From a virus (taxonomy: Duplodnaviria; Caudoviricetes): 49,130 nt of DNA. Both the position numbers and the translations under genes were made by a program. Location of the stretch: the IMG/VR virus record IMGVR_UViG_3300032220_000083, positions 1 to 49,130 of that record; one strand, 5' to 3'. Shown here one piece after another: positions 44,613-49,130 of the stretch (position 1 is the stretch's first letter; each line of letters starts with the position of its first letter). The notes beneath the pieces are model-generated. The model saw only the letters and a program-made list of their open reading frames with translations. It did no database searches and had not been told where the DNA came from.

Positions 44613-47600
44613 ATGGCAATTTTAGAAAAACGCAGAGCAGTTAATCAATTGCCTCGGTTTCAAAGGTATCAGGACACCCGCGCTGGTGACCGTGCCGCCG
44701 CGTTGCGTGGTGAGACCCCAATCACTTCTGCAATCCGCCAACTTGCTGGCACGAGCGGTTATGGCCCAATGGGCGAGTCCGAAGGCTTCAACCCAATGGG
44801 TGGTGGCATGGGTGGCCGTGGCGGCGCTGGAGGCGTTGGCCCTGTGGCTGGTGGTGCTGGCCCTATAGGCGGTGCAGGCAAGGGCACAGTCGATAAATTT
44901 GGCAACATGGCAGGTCAGCCTAAGACCGCTGTTACATCGGCTCTGAAAGGCTCTACAGCCGCTGGAAAGACTACTGGTGCTACGGCTGGGAAGGTTGCAG
45001 GAACTACTGCGGCTAACACAACCTCGAAAATGCCTAGCCTGACTTCCAAGACCGCTGGCACTACTGGCAAGACTTTGACCTCCACTGGTACTGGCGCGGC
45101 AAAAGTTACTGGCGTAAAGACGCCCATAACTACTGGCACAAAAACAACTGGCTCTAATGTTGGCAGTAAATTGACCAGCGCGTTGGCTGGTGCCGCTCTT
45201 GGCGCTGGAACCAAGTTGGCAATTGACAAGTTGACTGGTGCAAAAACTACAAAGGCTGTAGACACTACGAAAGCAGGCACAAAAGGTGTTGTTGATACAA
45301 CCAAGGTTGGCACCAAGGGAGTTGTTGATACTTCTAAGAAAGTTGTTGATACTGCCAAGAAAGTTGTTGACACCACTGGCGCAAAGAAAGTCATTGACAC
45401 TACTGGTGCAAAAAAAGTTATTGATACTACTGGCGCAAAGAAAGTTGTTGACACAACTAAAACTGGCACAAAAACAACCGTTCCAACTTCTGTTGTTAAA
45501 GGCACGGGTACAACCAAAACAACCAGCCCTACTTCTGTAATTAAGAAAACTGGTTCCAATGTTGGTACGCCCCCATTTGTTCCTAAAGGTTCAACTGCCG
45601 CTACCAAAACCACAAAGACTGGTTCAAAATCTACTGCTCCTGCAACAAAGGGAGCCGCTGGCGCTGTTGCGGCAAAGACTGCCGCTGACATCAAAGCAGA
45701 AAACCCTGAGTTGACAGAAGAGGAAGTTCAAGCAGAACTGGATCGAATTAAGGCCGAAGAGGAATCATTAGGCATTCCAGAGGGTGCTGAACAAAACGAA
45801 GACGGCACTTACTCTGTCACTGAAGATGGCATGGTCACAACCTATGACGCCGATGGAAACATCGTCAGCATGGAGGCGGCTGAAGGTGAGACCGAAGGTG
45901 ATGAAGACGGCACAGAAGACGACAGCACGACAACGCAAGTCTTGGACGACGGCACTGTGGTTACGCTCGACGCAAATGGTGATGTTGTTTCCTACACCGA
46001 CGAAGATGGTTCTGTATACGACGCTGACGGCAATGAGATAACCGAAGGCGGCGGAGATTTAGATGCTGGGGGTAATACCACCGAGACATTGGAAGACGGC
46101 ACAGAAATCACATACGACGCAAGCGGCGACATTGTTTCCTACACCGACACTGATGGTGTTACATACGACGGTGACGGCGAGGTCATTGATGGATCAGACA
46201 CGCTTGTAACTGGCGACGAAGAAGCCGAAGAAGAGGCGGCATACGAAGGCTTGTACTCTGACGACGAAGGAAATCTGTACGACGCTGACGGCAACCTTGT
46301 TGAATACGCTGACGGCACCCTTGTTAGTGATGAAGAGGTAATTGAAGACGAGGTGGTTTACACCGACGAAGATGGCAATACCTATGATGAAAACGGCGAA
46401 ATAATTGATTATGCTGATGGGTATGTTGCCGAAGATGAATACGAAGATGGCTACACCGCCGAAGATGAGTATGCGGCTGAAGACGAATACTCTGCTGAAG
46501 ATGAGTATTCCTATGAAGACGACTACTCATACGACGACATTGATTACGGTGAGAAAAAGGGCGGCTTGATTCATATGCAAGAAGGCGGCGATCCATCGGA
46601 AGAGGATGATGGCGAACCAGTCGAGGAAGAAGAGAACGAAGACGGCACTATCACGCAATACTTTGATGATGGCTCCTCTATTACCTACGACGCAGACGGT
46701 GAAGTTGTTGAGGTGACAGAAGCCACAGAGGATGAAGAGGCCCCAGCGTTTGCTACTCGCGGAATTACCGTTGGCGCAAATGGTCAGCGATATGAAAACC
46801 CATTGACTGCCGCTGAGTATCAGGACGAAAGTCGATTGACTGGCGCTGACCCAACTCGTTTGCAGTCATTCCTTGATGACATCCCAAGAACCAGTGCGGT
46901 GATTGGTGGTGACTCTGATGCGACCACTACTACACCACCAGAAGGCTGGCCTGAAGGTTTTGTTGACAACGGTGACGGCACGGCCACTTATGTGGACGAT
47001 GACGGTAGCACCTTGACCATTGACGCCGACAGCAACATCGTGTTTGTAACTGATGCAAACGGCGATGTCGTTGCACAAGACAACGAGCCAGTGACAACTG
47101 GCGGCTTAACTCAAGCAGGTCAAGGCAATCGCCAATACTTTGATGACGGCTCTAGCATCGAGACATTTGATGACGGTTCAACCGTGACATATGACTCTGA
47201 CGGCAATGTGTTCAGGGCTACTGACGCATACGAAACAACATACGACGATGAAGGCAACGCTATCGTGACTGATGGCTTTGGCAACATTGTGAATGTCTAC
47301 GACCCTCAAGGCAATGTGATTCCTTTGGGTGGTGGTCGCGTAACTGGCCCCACGCAAGTGACTGGCGCTGGTGGTACGGGTGCGGTTGGTATCGATAACG
47401 AAACACCTGTCCAGCGAAGAATTCAAGAGCAACAAGAAGAAAGAAGCACCAAGAGCGCAATTGATAACCTGCTTGCAGGTTTGAACACCTACGGTGGCGC
47501 AGGTGCGGCTGGCGCTGTTCTTGGTGCATTGCTGAGTGACTCCGACCTGTTTGGCGGTGGTGGCGGTGGAGGCTCTAATTTTGATATGACTGGCGTTGGC

Positions 47601-48416
47601 TCAATCGATCCACGCACCACCGACTTTGGCATTGGCCCAGCACGCTATGTCGGTTACGACGAGTACGGTACGCCAGAGCAGATGCCTGAACTCTATGGTC
47701 AAGAGTTGTATCAGAACTTGAACGCCCCCGGCTTCAACGAGGTGAACCCCGGGGACTACGCACGCTACGACGCCCAAGATTCTGGTCTTGATCAGTTTAT
47801 CGAAGGCGATGCGGAAGACCAAGCAATGGCCGACGAAGGTCAGGGCATGGCTGAAGGCGGTATGCCACAAGGCGGCTTGGGCCAGACATCGCCCCAGACT
47901 TACTACACCTTTGGCACACCTGTTGACCCCTTGCAGAACTTGCGCAACCCTGCGCCGTTCCAGCAACAGCCACAGCAACCACAGATGGCCCCTCAACAGC
48001 AAATGCCACAACAGCAGATGCCACAGCAACAGGGAATGCCGCCGCAGGGAATGCCACAGATGGCTCCCCCACAACAAATGCCTATGGGTATGCAACCCCA
48101 AGGTATGAAGAGCGGTGGCCTGCCTGCTTGGTCAAATGTGCCAATCACGCAAGGTCGCTTGAACTTCCGCCAAGGCGCGGCTGTCCACGGCGCTGGTGAC
48201 GGCCAGTCTGACGACATCCCTGCAATGCTGGCTGACGGCGAGTATGTGATCGACGCTGAGACCGTAGCGCAAATTGGCAACGGCTCTACAAAAGCAGGCG
48301 CACAGGCTTTGGATAAATTCAGGGAAAATATCAGAATGCATAAGCGGTCTGCTCCTGTGAACAAAATTCCGCCCAAGACTAAGGCGCTTACTTCCTACTT
48401 GAAAGGAGCCAGATAA
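44613..48416 (+). CDS. Large putative ejection protein with basic and acidic repeat blocks and a conserved C-terminal G.G.G.SD.IPAML..GEYV domain
   Basis: K/T-rich block, DDG..TYDADG hairpin repeats, Q/P/M tract, C-terminal GAGDGQSDDIPAMLADGEYV..IGNGS.KAGA..L. Confidence 0.7.
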   Translation: MAILEKRRAVNQLPRFQRYQDTRAGDRAAALRGETPITSAIRQLAGTSGYGPMGESEGFNPMGGGMGGRGGAGGVGPVAGGAGPIGGAGKGTVDKFGNMAGQPKTAVTSALKGSTAAGKTTGATAGKVAGTTAANTTSKMPSLTSKTAGTTGKTLTSTGTGAAKVTGVKTPITTGTKTTGSNVGSKLTSALAGAALGAGTKLAIDKLTGAKTTKAVDTTKAGTKGVVDTTKVGTKGVVDTSKKVVDTAKKVVDTTGAKKVIDTTGAKKVIDTTGAKKVVDTTKTGTKTTVPTSVVKGTGTTKTTSPTSVIKKTGSNVGTPPFVPKGSTAATKTTKTGSKSTAPATKGAAGAVAAKTAADIKAENPELTEEEVQAELDRIKAEEESLGIPEGAEQNEDGTYSVTEDGMVTTYDADGNIVSMEAAEGETEGDEDGTEDDSTTTQVLDDGTVVTLDANGDVVSYTDEDGSVYDADGNEITEGGGDLDAGGNTTETLEDGTEITYDASGDIVSYTDTDGVTYDGDGEVIDGSDTLVTGDEEAEEEAAYEGLYSDDEGNLYDADGNLVEYADGTLVSDEEVIEDEVVYTDEDGNTYDENGEIIDYADGYVAEDEYEDGYTAEDEYAAEDEYSAEDEYSYEDDYSYDDIDYGEKKGGLIHMQEGGDPSEEDDGEPVEEEENEDGTITQYFDDGSSITYDADGEVVEVTEATEDEEAPAFATRGITVGANGQRYENPLTAAEYQDESRLTGADPTRLQSFLDDIPRTSAVIGGDSDATTTTPPEGWPEGFVDNGDGTATYVDDDGSTLTIDADSNIVFVTDANGDVVAQDNEPVTTGGLTQAGQGNRQYFDDGSSIETFDDGSTVTYDSDGNVFRATDAYETTYDDEGNAIVTDGFGNIVNVYDPQGNVIPLGGGRVTGPTQVTGAGGTGAVGIDNETPVQRRIQEQQEERSTKSAIDNLLAGLNTYGGAGAAGAVLGALLSDSDLFGGGGGGGSNFDMTGVGSIDPRTTDFGIGPARYVGYDEYGTPEQMPELYGQELYQNLNAPGFNEVNPGDYARYDAQDSGLDQFIEGDAEDQAMADEGQGMAEGGMPQGGLGQTSPQTYYTFGTPVDPLQNLRNPAPFQQQPQQPQMAPQQQMPQQQMPQQQGMPPQGMPQMAPPQQMPMGMQPQGMKSGGLPAWSNVPITQGRLNFRQGAAVHGAGDGQSDDIPAMLADGEYVIDAETVAQIGNGSTKAGAQALDKFRENIRMHKRSAPVNKIPPKTKALTSYLKGAR
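45357..45458 (+). repeat. 27-bp tandem coding repeat (KKV[VI]DTTGA)n
   Basis: AAGAAAGTTGTTGACACCACTGGCGCA variants, about 3.8 units, with degenerate copies upstream. Confidence 0.8.
46428..46540 (+). repeat. 18-bp degenerate coding repeat (AEDEY)
   Basis: GCCGAAGATGAATAC / GCTGAAGACGAATAC units. Confidence 0.7.
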
Positions 48417-49130
48417 TGGCTGGACTGTTTCAGGGTGATCCCCTACCAGATGTAACGACGACGACGCAGACGCAAGCGACCGCGCCAGAGTTCTATACCA
48501 ACTACCTTCAAGACATTGCCAACCTTGGTCAGAACGCCGTCCAGCAAGGCGGTGTGGCTGGGTTCAGCCCACTGCAACAGCAAGCCTTCCAGATGGTGCC
48601 TGATGTGGCATTCTCTGGCGCTGGCTCGATGGGCGCGGCATCCCAGTTAATGGGTCAGGCTGGTACGACCACCATGCCTGATGTGGTGGCTGACTACATG
48701 AACCCCTACACCAGAGGTGTGGTGGATGAGATGGGTCGCCTGCAACAACGAAGCATTCAAGAAAACATTTTGCCAAACCTAAATGCGGCGGCTGTTGGCT
48801 CTGGTCAGTTTGGATCGCGCCGTCAAGCGCAGGTGACTGGTCAGTCGTTGCGTGACCTTCAGTCTGATTTGATGGGCAAGCAGATGCAAGCCCTTCAGTC
48901 TGGCTATACAGAGGCTGGCAAGTTTGCACAGCAAGACCTGACTCGCGCCCTACAGGCTGGTCAGGGTTTTGAGAATTTGGGACAGGCACAGCAAGGCTTG
49001 GGTTTGTCTGGCCTCAAAGCGATGAGCGAGTATGGTGGTCAGCAACAGGCTCTCGGCCAGAAAATGCTTGACTACCCAATGGCGCAGGCGCAGGCGTTCT
49101 CTCAGTTGATGAAGCAGTACCAAGTCCCCG
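48416..49130 (+). CDS. Gln-rich ejection/DNA-transfer protein (3'-truncated)
   Basis: GAAAGGAG RBS; open to the window end: MAGLFQGD..TTTTQ..P..Y, AGFSPLQQQA, YMNPY, G.FGSRR motifs seen in podophage internal proteins. Confidence 0.7.
   Translation, partial: MAGLFQGDPLPDVTTTTQTQATAPEFYTNYLQDIANLGQNAVQQGGVAGFSPLQQQAFQMVPDVAFSGAGSMGAASQLMGQAGTTTMPDVVADYMNPYTRGVVDEMGRLQQRSIQENILPNLNAAAVGSGQFGSRRQAQVTGQSLRDLQSDLMGKQMQALQSGYTEAGKFAQQDLTRALQAGQGFENLGQAQQGLGLSGLKAMSEYGGQQQALGQKMLDYPMAQAQAFSQLMKQYQVP

Larger units (their letters stand above)
1..49130. mobile_element. Tailed dsDNA bacteriophage genome segment (podovirus-like organisation; host probably a proteobacterium)
   Basis: Continuous replication, terminase, portal, capsid, tail, lysis and ejection genes. 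No host housekeeping genes, integrase or att site seen. Confidence 0.97.

Noticed and set aside
42810-45694. Long minus-strand ORFs (42810..43811, 43815..44333, 44915..45694; also 5033..5842, 14056..14976, 15252..16013)
   Set aside because: Antisense shadows of low-complexity or codon-biased plus-strand genes; no RBS or recognisable motifs.
44613-48416. Classical tape measure protein (siphovirus)
   Set aside because: Despite the TMP-associated C-terminal motif, there is no tail tube, terminator or frameshifted chaperone gene, and the protein is not helical-repeat type.
1-49130. Stop-codon reassignment or programmed frameshift
   Set aside because: Genes tile the window fully under the standard code with all three stops used; no split conserved gene seen.

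Overview
The whole 49 kb window is most of the genome of a tailed dsDNA phage with a podovirus-type layout. It has a P22-like terminase/portal/adaptor/nozzle set and ejection-protein genes, with no tail tube, sheath or classical tape measure. Gene order: (i) a leftward SSB-like gene and a divergent promoter; (ii) a Cro-like HTH, a DUF1376 initiator with iteron-like repeats, a primase Zn-finger, an SF4 helicase, RusA and a Ref-like nuclease; (iii) an accessory region of five repeated promoter/leader cassettes carrying small genes, including an ArdC-like protein; (iv) TerS/TerL, a 1326-aa modular ART/peptidase-like protein, portal, GroES-like protein, scaffold and capsid; (v) tail fibres, three paralogous glycine-rich proteins and a lysis cassette; (vi) adaptor, nozzle and ejection proteins. 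The most striking element lies between the nozzle and the ejection genes: a translationally coupled acyl carrier protein + beta-ketoacyl synthase + probable GNAT-fold protein, directly upstream of an amphipathic ejection protein. This is a candidate phage-encoded pathway for lipidating a virion protein. Other notable signals are a shared [MYFLK]-[AKR]-x-G-G motif across four internal virion proteins, a conserved AGCGAA leader motif, and apparent avoidance of several restriction sites. All product calls come from motif recognition by eye; no database search was run.
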